A stretch of 32,000 nucleotides of DNA from Trichodesmium erythraeum IMS101 (GCF_000014265.1 NC_008312.1:2850001-2882000); one strand, 5' to 3'. Shown: positions 16,632 to 26,537, numbered from the stretch's first letter. Numbers and translations are program-made. The notes: a model not told the origin generated them from the letters alone.

Positions 16632-17931
16632 TAGTTTATAATTAGGAGTAAGTGAGAAGGAAGGAGAAGGAAGTGTTCAGTTTGAATCAAATATTCAACT
16701 GAATACTATCCGATTTTTTAATATGTTTAATTATCTCAGTTTGAGGTCAATAAGAATGATGGTAGTGGTATATTTAATAATATTTGGGTTAAAATATTGG
16801 GATTAATTTCTGTATCAGCTATAGAAAACTCAGTTAATTGTACCTTTCTGATAAAAGAAATCTATGATTGCTAAATTGGTTCCAAATTGAAAATCCCACA
16901 GGGAATGCTTAGTAATAACCGATGGATAATTAATGCTACTCCAGCTCAAAAATTAGCTACACAAGGGGCAATAATTGAGAAGGTATGTATAAAATAATTT
17001 TAAGCTCTGGTCACAGCCTAAGTATCTGGTTTATGACGAATCACAGATATAATTTAAGTTTAATGGGTAAGGGAACGAATTTGCGCCTAACCCATCTTAT
17101 ACTAGGATTTAATTTTTGTTTAGAGATACCCTCATTAAGCCCCCGTTCTTGTAATTTTTTTACCTTTTAGAGTTGATAATATGTAACTTGTATAAGTTGC
17201 CAACTATTTTCTCAGCTTCAATTACTATTTAAGGGAAAATAACTTACATATCGCAAAGTTTTCACAGAAAAATCACAGGGTATGGGGGTTTTTCATTTCG
17301 GAAACAATCATACTAATTCTTGTACGTTAATACTATATTTAGTTAGTACTTCAGTTATTCAGTAATTTATAGTATATTTAGGATTTTAAGTAAAAAAACT
17401 ATTCTGGTTCAACGTGGGAATGGTCAGCTAGTTATAAAGATATTTGTTCTTTAGATAAATGAACTATTGAGAAAATATATAAATATGATGGATCTATGAT
17501 GTAGATCATTATTTTGTAAATATGTCAAATAATGGTTAGATAAACTGAATAAAATTAGTTGGCCATTATTTAGATAAAAGTTAGGCGATCGCTAATAAAC
17601 TGAAGAAGACAATGAATATTTGAGGTGTTTGAATTTCATTAAGCAATTAATATCCATAAGGATTATTTTTCACTGATATGATCATGATAAAACTGAAACT
17701 GTTGAAACTTTCTGAGCTAGTTCAGCTTTTTTTTGTGTTTTTTTGTGTTATGTTGATCAGAAAGTGAAAAATTTTCAAGGAAAAACCTGAGATTTATTAT
17801 TAAAACTTCTAGGATCTTGATGACTGGGAAAACTTAACATTTTTTACTTTTTCCTTTTTTTCTTCTTAACACCAAAGGTTAAGTATTCAAGCGGACATGA
17901 TATACAATAATAATAGAATTTGATAGAAATT

Positions 17932-19743
17932 ATGGATGAACAATTCTTAGGAGATAACTCCTCAATAATGTCTAACTTTTCAGAGCCTTCGGTTGAAATT
18001 TTTGACTTGTTAGGAGGTAGTAACTTTGATGAAGGAATAGGAATAACTACTGACAATGAAGGCAATATTTATATAACTGGTAGTACCACATCTACAGATT
18101 TTGAAGTGACTCCAAATGCGGTACAAAATAGCTTTGGTGGAGGTGATGAATTTCGGGATGGTGATGCTTTTGTTGCTAAATATTCCCCTGATGGAACTCA
18201 AGTTTATGCTACATATATAGGTGGAAGTGGTAGAGATTTTGGTACGGATATTGCTTTAGATACTATAACCGGAGATATTTACATTACGGGTAGTACTAAT
18301 TCTGTTGACTTTCCGACAGTAAATGCTTTGCAAAATACTTATGGGGGTGGTGATTTTTCTGGGGATGCTTTTGTGGTCAAACTATCTAATGATGGAAATA
18401 ATATTCTTTATTCTACTTATCTAGGTGGGCAAGATAACGATTATAGTAGTGCTATTGCTGTAGATAATAATGGGGATGCTTATATAACTGGAGAAACTGG
18501 TGCCCAACTCCGTTTTCCAATTCAACCTATTCCTGGAGTTGGTGATTTTCCAACTACAGAAAATGCTCTACAAAAGACTCTTGTTAATGAACTTAACCGA
18601 GATAGTTTTGTGAGTAAGATATCTACTGATGGAAATCAATTAATTTACTCAACTTTATTAGGTGGAAATGACACAGAAATAAGTCAGGATATTACTGTTG
18701 ACAATAATGGTAATGCTTATATTACTGGTCAAACTCGTTCCTTTGATTTTCCAACTGCAAATGCAGTACAAAATACGATAGGAGGAGATGGAGATGTATT
18801 TATTACTCAGCTTAATAGTGATGGTAGTGACCTGATTTTTTCTTCTTACTATGGTGCTGTAGATGGAGATATTGGTAATGGTATTGCTGTAGATGATATG
18901 GGTAGTATCTATATAGCTGGAAGTTCGGGTAGTCAAATTATGGGCGGTGATGCGGTAGTACCTGCAGTTGGTGAGTTTCCTATTGTTAATGCTTTGTACA
19001 ATACTTTTGGTGGGGGTGAAAGTGATGGAATATTGATTAAGATCAATACTGAGCGCTTAGTTACTTTTGGTGATAGTGAAAGTGATGAAATATTACTTAG
19101 GGAAATTGATTATCGTTCTGTTGAATATGCTACTTACTTAGGTACGGAAAATTTAGATTTTATTGAGAGTATTGATCTTGATGCTGCAGGAAATATTTAT
19201 ATTGTTAACAACAATAATCTTTTTAATACTGTTGTGAGTAAAATATCTAATGATGGTCAAGTTATAGAATATTCTATTCCCTTTCGGATAAATGACAATA
19301 TTGGGTTATTTGGTAATGATATTAAAGTAGATGAAGTTGGTAATGCTTATTTTGTCGGCTTGACTATTCCTAATACTGATTTAGATATAGATAATGAAGA
19401 TGCCTTTATTGGTAAAGTTACTGCCAGTACTTCCTCTCCTGATCTTCCGATCTTTGTTACTCCTCCTAATATTGGTGAGAGTTTCGACGAAAATCTTTAT
19501 TTAATAGAAAATCCTGGTGTGGCAAATGCTGTGGCAAACGGTTTTTTTGATAGTGGGTTTGAGCATTGGTTGGAGTTTGGTTTTTTGGAAGGGCGATCGC
19601 CTCAGTTGGCTTTTGATGAGCAATTTTATTTGGCTACTTACCCAGGAGTTGCTAGTGCTGTAGCAAATGGTGTTTTTATTAATGGTTTAGAACATTACGT
19701 TAAGTTTGGTGAAGCAGAAGGGCGTTTACCTATGAGGAGCTAA
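17932..19743 (+). CDS. SBBP (beta-propeller) repeat protein with two C-terminal copies of a YL..NPGVA.AVANG.F..G.EH...FG..EGR motif
   Basis: The unit D..GN(I/A)YITG.T.S.DFPT.NA.QN..GG..DAFV.K...DG....YSTYLGG repeats about 7-8 times. I see no N-terminal signal peptide. The ATG at 17932 lies inside an ORF that opens at TTG 17920. Confidence 0.8.
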   Translation: MDEQFLGDNSSIMSNFSEPSVEIFDLLGGSNFDEGIGITTDNEGNIYITGSTTSTDFEVTPNAVQNSFGGGDEFRDGDAFVAKYSPDGTQVYATYIGGSGRDFGTDIALDTITGDIYITGSTNSVDFPTVNALQNTYGGGDFSGDAFVVKLSNDGNNILYSTYLGGQDNDYSSAIAVDNNGDAYITGETGAQLRFPIQPIPGVGDFPTTENALQKTLVNELNRDSFVSKISTDGNQLIYSTLLGGNDTEISQDITVDNNGNAYITGQTRSFDFPTANAVQNTIGGDGDVFITQLNSDGSDLIFSSYYGAVDGDIGNGIAVDDMGSIYIAGSSGSQIMGGDAVVPAVGEFPIVNALYNTFGGGESDGILIKINTERLVTFGDSESDEILLREIDYRSVEYATYLGTENLDFIESIDLDAAGNIYIVNNNNLFNTVVSKISNDGQVIEYSIPFRINDNIGLFGNDIKVDEVGNAYFVGLTIPNTDLDIDNEDAFIGKVTASTSSPDLPIFVTPPNIGESFDENLYLIENPGVANAVANGFFDSGFEHWLEFGFLEGRSPQLAFDEQFYLATYPGVASAVANGVFINGLEHYVKFGEAEGRLPMRS

Positions 19744-20434
19744 TAAATTTTTAGTGTTCTATAGGGCTGCGTGCAAGTTAAAAGTTAACAGTCAATTTAC
19801 CCTCGTAATTTAGGGGTGGAAGTCAATATTTAAAAGTAATCTCTGAGTAAGTTTTTATTGTGGAAATGCTTTGCAAAGGACATTTGCTAATGTCTACGCT
19901 CTAAATGGGTAGTGCTATGCTATCGGGAACAAATGATTCAAATCAAATGTTTTTGAATGCCTCTTTTTAATACAGGGGCTAGGTTTTAGGAGCTAAGGAT
20001 TAGGGGAAAATGCAAAATTATTTCCCCATTCCTTTATTTTTCCTAGTTCTCTAGTCAATACCAGAAGCGATCGCTTATCGTCAACTAAATGTTATAATAT
20101 TTGACAATTTGAAAGTTTTTTTTCGTTGAACAGCTATCATGAAAATATAAACATCCTAAGCACATGATTAAAAAATAAATAAGGTCTTAATTCTGCCCTT
20201 TTCAAGCTGAACCATGATTATAAACTCCTAAAATACTTTAGAGAGAAATGGGGAGTTAACCCTAATCCCTCTCAGTAGGAGAATGGGGGTAGAAAAGCCT
20301 GTATTTATTGACGTTGACTCTCCCGACATCTCTATTTAATGGCAAATATTATAATTAATATATAATTTCTCTTTTTCATCAAGTTTTATGTTAAGCTTTT
20401 GGAAAAATGAAAAAAATGAACATCAGTATTGAAA

Positions 20435-20490
20435 GCCGGATACTAGAGGCTGTCGGTAGTGATAACTGATAACGGATAACTGAAATGACT
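20435..20490 (+). repeat. Copy of a dispersed element: GCC(A/G)G ... GAGG ... (T)AACTGA(T)AAC heptamer repeats ... AAATGAC
   Basis: The sequence is gccggatactagaggctgtcggtagtgataactgataacggataactgaaATGACT. The ATG of this copy is the start codon of the lipoprotein gene at 20485. Related copies lie at 23783-23836, 23884-23937 and 24729-24770. Confidence 0.55.
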
Positions 20491-20898
20491 GAGCCAAGAA
20501 AAATCAAGAGAAGCATTGTTATTACTCTAGTATTAATATCCTCAATTTCTTTAATAGCCTGCGCATCTCGTAGATACAGGCGCGAAGTCTATAGAAGTCT
20601 TGAAGACTGTTACAAAGAATGGGGAATTGTAGTTGAATGCGAACCAGTGACAGACGGAAGTTATTCATCTGAGTATTATTATGGTCCTTACTACTATCAG
20701 TCTGGGTATAGTGGTAGATACTTTTATCGAAATAGTAATAGTAGCTATCAACCTGTTCCTAGTAATGCAGGTATTCTCCAAAGTCCTTCGGGAAAGTCTA
20801 CAACTTCTGTTGGTACGGTTAATAGAGGTGGTTTTGGTAGTAGAGGTGGTAGAGGTAGTGGTAGCAGTTTGGGTGGTAGAGGCGGTGGCAAAGGTTGA
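20485..20898 (+). CDS. DUF1190/YgiB-like lipoprotein with a glycine-rich C-terminus
   Basis: Has a signal peptide with a lipobox (LISSISLIAC). The tail is Tyr/Gly/Ser-rich (GGFGSRGGRGSGSSLGGRGGGKG). It sits immediately upstream of a glutathionylspermidine-synthase-family gene, as ygiB does relative to ygiC in E. coli. Confidence 0.65.
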   Translation: MTEPRKIKRSIVITLVLISSISLIACASRRYRREVYRSLEDCYKEWGIVVECEPVTDGSYSSEYYYGPYYYQSGYSGRYFYRNSNSSYQPVPSNAGILQSPSGKSTTSVGTVNRGGFGSRGGRGSGSSLGGRGGGKG

Positions 20899-20935
20899 GC
20901 AAACCCCAAATTAAAATTTCAAAATAAAACAGCAA

Positions 20936-22063
20936 ATGAAACGCATAAATATTGAACCTCGTGCTAACTGGCAGCAGAAATGTGAAGCGGTTGGCTTTCA
21001 TTTTTATAATATGTACAGTCAACCATATTGGTATGAGTCGGCTTGTTATCATTTTAGCACTTCAGAAATAAATGAACTGGAAGTAGCAACCAATGCTTTA
21101 CAAGAATTGTATATTGAAGCAGCAGAGCTAATTATCCAAGAAGATCGTTTTTCCCAATTGTGTATTCCGCCAGAGTTTGTGGAGTTATGTCGCCAGTCTT
21201 GGGAACGGGATGATCCGAGTCTTTATGGTCGTTTTGACCTTGCTTATGATGGTATCAACCCACCGAAATTATTGGAATATAATGCTGATACTCCCACTGC
21301 TCTTTTGGAAACTAGTGTGGTACAGTGGACTTGGTTAGAAGAAATATTTCCTGAAGCGGATCAATTTAATTCTGTGCATGAAAAGTTATTGGCAAGTTTT
21401 TTGGAAATGAATGGTTTAGGGGGAGAGACTTTATATTTCAGTTGTGAAAGAGAAACTTTAGAAGATTTGGGAACGGTTGAATATTTGAGAGATTTGGCAA
21501 TTCAAGCAGGATTAAATACTCAACATATTTATATTGATGATATTGGTTGGAGTGAAGATTTAGAAATTTTTTGTGATTTGGATAATCAAATTATTCGTCA
21601 CTTATTCAAGTTGTATCCTTGGGAATGGATGATGGGAGAAAATTTCGGGAAATATCTATTATTAGAACCAATGAAAATGATTGAACCTGCCTGGAAATTA
21701 ATTTGGAGTAATAAAGCTATTCTGCCAATTTTGTGGGAATTTTTTCCCGATCATCCTAATTTATTGCCTGCCTATTTCGACTCTAGCAAATTATCTCATC
21801 CCTATCTGAGCAAGCCAGTTTTTTCTAGAGAAGGAGGAAATATTACTGTTTATTTTGGAGATAGAGAATATCAAACCGAAGGAATATATGAGAATGAGCC
21901 TGTAATTTATCAATCCTATTATCAACTGCCGAATTTTGATAGTTATTATCCTGTGGTTGGTGCTTGGGTTATTGGTGGAGAAGCTGCTGGTATTTGTCTG
22001 AGGGAAGACAAAGAAATTGTGACTCAAGATTTAAGTAGATTTGTACCTCATTATTTTACATGA
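20936..22063 (+). CDS. Glutathionylspermidine-synthase-family ATP-grasp protein (YgiC/YjfC-like)
   Basis: 375 aa. Family-typical motifs are YGRFDLAYDG..PKLLEYNADTPTALLE..VVQW.W and, at the C-terminus, SKPVFSREGGNI and GAWVIGGEAAGI. Confidence 0.85.
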   Translation: MKRINIEPRANWQQKCEAVGFHFYNMYSQPYWYESACYHFSTSEINELEVATNALQELYIEAAELIIQEDRFSQLCIPPEFVELCRQSWERDDPSLYGRFDLAYDGINPPKLLEYNADTPTALLETSVVQWTWLEEIFPEADQFNSVHEKLLASFLEMNGLGGETLYFSCERETLEDLGTVEYLRDLAIQAGLNTQHIYIDDIGWSEDLEIFCDLDNQIIRHLFKLYPWEWMMGENFGKYLLLEPMKMIEPAWKLIWSNKAILPILWEFFPDHPNLLPAYFDSSKLSHPYLSKPVFSREGGNITVYFGDREYQTEGIYENEPVIYQSYYQLPNFDSYYPVVGAWVIGGEAAGICLREDKEIVTQDLSRFVPHYFT

Positions 22064-22170
22064 ATTATCAAAAAGTAGTTGTTTGTTGTTGCACTCTCAA
22101 AAATTAACCTATTCGATGAGTGATTCTCTGAGCTTGGAACATGAGGTCATTCCCGACCTCTCCTACTCTC

Positions 22171-22872
22171 CTACATCAAGGGATCTGTTAACCCCAATTC
22201 CTGAAAAGCAGTCAACCGCAACTTACAAGAATCACATATCCCACAAGGTTTCTCTCCACCTGCATAACATGACCAAGTTTTTTCCCAAGGTACTCCTAAA
22301 CTATTCCCCAATTGAATAATCTCAGTTTTTTTCATCTCTATAAGTGGAGCTACAATAGCGATCGCTTCTCCCTCTCTCCCTTGTCTAGTACCTAGTCGAA
22401 AAACTTCTTGCATTGCTAGAATATAATCAGGACGACAGTCAGGATAACCGGAATAGTCTAAAGCATTCACCCCAATATAAACCCGACTTGCATTTACAAC
22501 CTCAGCGTAAGCCAGGGCAAAACTCAGAAAAATAGTATTCCGTGCTGGAACATAAGTAATAGGAATATTTTGTGACATTTCTTCAAGGTCGCGATCGCTA
22601 GGCAAATCAATTTGACTATCAGTTAATGCCGAACCTCCCCATGATCTTAAATCAAAACTAACAATATGATGTTCTATCACACCTACAGTATCGGCAATTT
22701 TTTTGGCTGAGTCTAACTCTCGAAGGTGGCGTTGTTGGTAGTCAAAGGAAATAGCATAACATTCACAACCATCTGCTTTTGCTTGATACAAAACTGTTGA
22801 GGAATCTAATCCTCCTGATAATAAAATAACTGCTTTCATTTTTCTATATAATTCATTTGGTATCTTGGTCAA
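22171..22872 (-). CDS. queC: 7-cyano-7-deazaguanine synthase
   Basis: Has the PP-loop motif AVILLSGGLDSST and the C-terminal zinc cluster CY...CGICDSCKLR. Length is 233 aa. Confidence 0.92.
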   Translation of the reverse strand: MTKIPNELYRKMKAVILLSGGLDSSTVLYQAKADGCECYAISFDYQQRHLRELDSAKKIADTVGVIEHHIVSFDLRSWGGSALTDSQIDLPSDRDLEEMSQNIPITYVPARNTIFLSFALAYAEVVNASRVYIGVNALDYSGYPDCRPDYILAMQEVFRLGTRQGREGEAIAIVAPLIEMKKTEIIQLGNSLGVPWEKTWSCYAGGEKPCGICDSCKLRLTAFQELGLTDPLM

Positions 22873-22908
22873 GATTAAGTTTTTTTGATAACTAGCTTAA
22901 TATCTATA

Positions 22909-23448
22909 TCAATCATAATTATCAGAGCCATCATAAAAATGAAGTCTGCCATAGCCAAGAAAATAACCATAAGGTTTTTCTCCTACAGGAAAAGCTGTTA
23001 CTCCAAATAAGTATACCCCCCCATATCTGGGAGTTCGCACTGGACGCAAGCCAATTGTAAAAGTTGTACCTGGAGGCACGGCCGGGTTAAAAAATACTGA
23101 GATAGTATTAGTTTTTTTGTCTATCCCTACTTCTTCAACTGTTAACTGTTGACCCTTATTCCGATGGGTTCCTTTAAAGGCAATTATTTTCTTTGAATTA
23201 TATCGAATATTGTCAGGGCCCTCAGTTTTGCTAATAGTTACCTGTTTTAGTGGTACTCCAGCATCAGGTAATAAGTTGAGAGTAAAGTAATAGGTAGCTC
23301 CCCAGACATAAGTCTCGCTTCGGGTAGTCACTGCTTTAACTAGGCGAGGTGGTTGAGCAAAATAAACAGTACCATCTTTTGTCTGAACTCCTAAACTAGG
23401 AGTGACAAAAAGTAATAAGGGGAAAAGCAAAAGGGAAAATTTTTTCAT
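22909..23448 (-). CDS. Secreted cyanobacteria-specific protein (DUF2808-like)
   Basis: The internal ATG at 23448 gives the signal peptide MKKFSLLLFPLLLFVTPSLG. The mature part, YFAQPPRLV...GGVYLFGVTAFPVGEKPYGYFLGYGRLHFY, matches my recollection of the DUF2808 family. The ORF track's longer start (23547) is less likely. Confidence 0.7.
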   Translation of the reverse strand: MKKFSLLLFPLLLFVTPSLGVQTKDGTVYFAQPPRLVKAVTTRSETYVWGATYYFTLNLLPDAGVPLKQVTISKTEGPDNIRYNSKKIIAFKGTHRNKGQQLTVEEVGIDKKTNTISVFFNPAVPPGTTFTIGLRPVRTPRYGGVYLFGVTAFPVGEKPYGYFLGYGRLHFYDGSDNYD

Positions 23449-23779
23449 AAGAAGAAAATTAGAGATTTTAATGGAAGCACTTGATAATTTCCTGTCTACT
23501 AAGATTTTTTTTGTAAAAATGTTGATTTTATACTTACTTAGTAACATGTAGGTGCATCTTTGCTAGCTATAGTAGTCTTAAGTCATTATGTAAATTCACT
23601 AGCCTTATTAAAAAATAACTCTTGATCCTTTTTTTTCTGCCTTTTAGCTGCCCATTTCTCTCACTCTTCAGATAGAATTGCGATCTATTTTGATAAAAGG
23701 ATAAGAAAATTCATAAAATGTCTTAACCCTTCTTTTTTAAGAGGATGTTAAGGGATGAAAAGAAATAATTATGTTTAGT

Positions 23780-23981
23780 ATTGCCAGCTTTTGGCTAAAG
23801 GAGGTCGTTACTGATAACCGATAACTAAAATGACCGCTGAATACTTACAGTAATAAATCTACTTTATACGATTTTCTGTTATTGCCAGCTTTTGGCTGAA
23901 GGAGGTCGTTACTGATAACTGATAACTAAAATGACTGCTGAATACTTACAGTAATAAATCTACTTTATACCATTTTCTGTA
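23780..23981. repeat. Two-copy tandem direct repeat with a 101-bp period and about 4 mismatches
   Basis: Copy A (23780-23880) and copy B (23881-23981) both begin attgccagcttttggct and end ...ctactttatacNattttctgt. Copy B contains the stop and last 7 codons of the 5-FCL gene on the minus strand. Copy A is a degenerate duplicate of that gene end. Each copy carries AAGGAGG, TGATAAC heptamers and a 7-codon mini-ORF, ATG ACT/C GCT GAA TAC TTA CAG TAA. Confidence 0.85.
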
Positions 23982-24526
23982 CAAACAAAATCAAGAGGTT
24001 TATCCCAGGAATCTATAGGTAAGTCTTGTAAATAAGCAAATTCAAATACAATGCCAATAGTAGGTTTTGATGCCCATTCTTGTTGACTTAGCATCCGGTC
24101 ATAAAAACCTCCACCATAGCCTAAACGATAACCATTAAGATTACAAGCCACAGCAGGAACTAAAATTAAATCTACTTTTGATGACTGTAATAATGGTGCA
24201 TTTACCTCTGGTTCTAGAAGACCATAAGCACCTTTTTGTAGAGGATTTTCTGGTTGCCAAATATGCCAAAATAGAGACTTTTTTTCGCAGCGTGGAAACC
24301 CCCAAGTTTTTTGAGAAAATTTTGTTTGTTCTCCAATATTTGTAAATAATAAACTTAGGTCTGGTTCCTGACGGAAACTAATATAAGCTAAAACTGTTTT
24401 AGCTTTTTGGAATAGGGAGAAATTTTGTAAGTAGTAACAGAGGCGATCGCTCTTTTCTTTCCATTCCATCTCAGCCATAGACTGACGTTTTTTTAATAGT
24501 GAGCTTCTTAATTCTTTTTTGATCAT
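23960..24526 (-). CDS. 5-formyltetrahydrofolate cyclo-ligase
   Basis: 188 aa. The N-terminus is KELRSSLLKKRQ. The motif ILVPAVACNLNGYRLGYGGGFYDR is diagnostic of the 5-FCL family. Confidence 0.88.
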   Translation of the reverse strand: MIKKELRSSLLKKRQSMAEMEWKEKSDRLCYYLQNFSLFQKAKTVLAYISFRQEPDLSLLFTNIGEQTKFSQKTWGFPRCEKKSLFWHIWQPENPLQKGAYGLLEPEVNAPLLQSSKVDLILVPAVACNLNGYRLGYGGGFYDRMLSQQEWASKPTIGIVFEFAYLQDLPIDSWDKPLDFVCTENGIK

Positions 24527-24728
24527 TAATCTACTAAAATTATAATTAGAAAAGTAAAATGAGTAAGTTATGATTTATTTAGACTTATACTCAAATTGTT
24601 CGATATTGTACTTTAAAATAAGGTATCAAGCCTTCCTTTTCAATGGGATGAAAAAAAAAATTCCGGTTTTTAAGCCTTTTGTTTCAGCTAGAGATAATGA
24701 TAACTATTTCCCTATGTGAGATGAAAAA

Positions 24729-24770
24729 GCCAGTTACTCGGGAGGAGGCTAACTGACAACTGAAATGGCC
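24729..24770 (+). repeat. Copy of the dispersed GGAGG + AACTGA-heptamer + ATG element
   Basis: The sequence is gccagttactcgggaggaggctaactgacaactgaaATGGCC, followed by a 4-codon mini-ORF (M A T K stop). It lies between the 5-FCL and scpB genes. Confidence 0.5.
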
Positions 24771-24784
24771 ACTAAATAACTGGA

Positions 24785-25306
24785 TTATTCTTCTTCATTT
24801 TCATTACCATTAGATAAAGAAAATAGATCGAGTGATAATTGTTGGGGGAGTTGATCAAGTTGGAAATATTGATGAAACTTATCTGTGACTTGTAACCAAT
24901 AGGAGCGAGATTCTTTTTGACGACGTTTACGGATAAAACCTAAACTTACAAGTTCAGGAACATGCTGATAAACTCCCGAGCCACGAATATCTACTAATTC
25001 TGATTGGGTAATTCCTCCTTTGAGAGCGATCGCTGCTAAAGTCCTTAGAGCGCCGACTCCTAATTCTGGTTCAATCAAACTTTCTATCAACTCTGTAAAA
25101 GTTGGTTTTAGTTGAAGACTATAGCCTTTTTCAGTTTCGACAACTTCTAAAGCAGTATGCCGATGGGCATATTCTGACATTAATTCGATTAGGGCATCCT
25201 TTATTTGGCCACGCTCGCACTTAGCAATTTCAGCAATTTCAGAAATGGAGAGGGCTTTTCCCTTGAGATATAAAATTGCCTCAATTTTACTAGAAAGACT
25301 ATACAT
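24785..25306 (-). CDS. scpB: Segregation and condensation protein B (SMC-ScpAB complex subunit)
   Basis: 173 aa with tandem winged-helix pattern: IEAILYLKGKALSISEIAEI ... ALRTLAAIALKGGITQSELVDIRG. Confidence 0.88.
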   Translation of the reverse strand: MYSLSSKIEAILYLKGKALSISEIAEIAKCERGQIKDALIELMSEYAHRHTALEVVETEKGYSLQLKPTFTELIESLIEPELGVGALRTLAAIALKGGITQSELVDIRGSGVYQHVPELVSLGFIRKRRQKESRSYWLQVTDKFHQYFQLDQLPQQLSLDLFSLSNGNENEEE

Positions 25307-25854
25307 TTAGTATCGTTAACTCTTACCATGATTGTATTATGGTCAGAAAACTTCCCCAAGAAAGGGTGAAATTATCTAACCTAATTTTTTCTATCATATA
25401 TTCTCTTTAATACCAATTTAATAAATGTTAGCTTTAAATGGGAATTTTTAATGATAAGTTATGCTTTTTAATCTAAAGTTTTTGATTTCATCTTCAGGAT
25501 CAAGTTTTCGATTTCTCTTCCTAATTTCTTCTCCAATAATTAAGGTTTAAAGCCTCGAATTTCAAAAATAAAAAAAATTTAGCTCATCCTGTTCTTAAAA
25601 ATAAGAGGTAATTATTAATTATTAAAATAAAATATTTATAACATTCTTTTTTTTTATAGTCATTGAAGCAAAAGGTACGAAAATTTCTAAATTATAAAAC
25701 TGAGTCATATATTATTTTTGTATTTTGGACTTTTAAATTGCGCGTAGGACTATAGGACACCATCAAATTATTAAGTATATAAAATATAGTCACAAGAAGA
25801 ATTTTAATTCTAACTTTTTGCTTCTAACATTTATTAAAATCTATTAGTAGGCAT

Positions 25855-25882
25855 TTGATTTTTGCAAATTTTATGATATAAT
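25855..25882 (+). promoter_or_regulatory. Candidate sigma-70-type promoter of rpmI-rplT (TTGATT - 16 nt - TATAAT)
   Basis: The -35-like TTGATT is at 25855-25860 and a perfect -10 TATAAT at 25877-25882, about 30 nt upstream of the rpmI ATG. This rests on sequence pattern only, and such matches arise easily in AT-rich DNA. Confidence 0.3.
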
Positions 25883-25913
25883 AACAGCTTGTGTGTAAAA
25901 TTAGTGCAAATCC

Positions 25914-26111
25914 ATGCCAAAACTAAAAACTCGCAAAGCAGCAGCTAGGCGCTTTAAAGCCACAGGCAGTGGCAAAATCAAACGTCGTAAAGCCTTCAAG
26001 AGTCATCTTTTGGAGCATAAAAGTTCTACTCGTAAGAACAATTTATCGAAAACAACTCTTGTCCATAAGACTAATGAAGAAAATGTACGTTTGATGATTC
26101 CATATTTATAA
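25914..26111 (+). CDS. rpmI: 50S ribosomal protein L35
   Basis: [33 protein letters not shown] is the canonical L35 N-terminus. Confidence 0.95.
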   Translation: MPKLKTRKAAARRFKATGSGKIKRRKAFKSHLLEHKSSTRKNNLSKTTLVHKTNEENVRLMIPYL

Positions 26112-26140
26112 TATTTTTATAATATTTTAGGAGAAAAATT

Positions 26141-26497
26141 ATGCCGAGAGTCAAAAGAGGTAATGTTGCCCGTAAACGCCGAAAGAAAATACTGAAATTA
26201 GCTAAAGGGTTTAGAGGAGCACAATCTAGATTATTTAAAGTTGCTAACCAACGAGTGATGCAGGCGTTACGGAATGCCTATCGCGATCGCCGTAAACGGA
26301 AACGGGACTTTCGTCGTTTGTGGATTACCCGCATCAATGCTGCAGCTCGTCAACAAGGTATGACTTATAGTCAATTAATTTGCAATATGAAAAGAGCAAA
26401 TATTGCAATTAACCGTAAAATGTTAGCACAATTAGCTGTTTTAAATCCTGAAGCTTTTGCAAAAGTTTTGGAGCTGGCTAGTCTTGCCAAAAAATAA
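26141..26497 (+). CDS. rplT: 50S ribosomal protein L20
   Basis: [26 protein letters not shown]... is canonical L20. GGAGAAAA lies upstream of the ATG, and the gene starts 30 nt after rpmI. Confidence 0.95.
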   Translation: MPRVKRGNVARKRRKKILKLAKGFRGAQSRLFKVANQRVMQALRNAYRDRRKRKRDFRRLWITRINAAARQQGMTYSQLICNMKRANIAINRKMLAQLAVLNPEAFAKVLELASLAKK

Positions 26498-26537
26498 TAG
26501 AAACTAGAGAGCTATTAGCAGTAGAAAAATAATTTAC

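Noticed and set aside
16985-17170. 61-aa ORF in the spacer between the prohibitin and SBBP genes.
   Set aside because: It has no RBS, no recognisable motif and a composition typical of random AT-rich DNA.
18010-18936. Minus-strand ORFs 18010-18201 and 18658-18936, and 17844-18065.
   Set aside because: They are antisense or overlapping artefacts of the repetitive SBBP gene and its upstream region, and their products are low-complexity I/S/T-rich.
20681-21052. ORFs 20681-20914 (+) and 20819-21052 (-) overlapping the lipoprotein and ATP-grasp genes.
   Set aside because: They are alternative-frame or antisense readings of Gly/Tyr-rich repetitive coding sequence, and they conflict with better-supported genes.
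21791-22319. ORFs 21791-22027 (-) and 22041-22319 (+).
   Set aside because: The first is antisense to the glutathionylspermidine-synthase-family gene. The second overlaps the 3' part of queC on the opposite strand. Neither has a motif.
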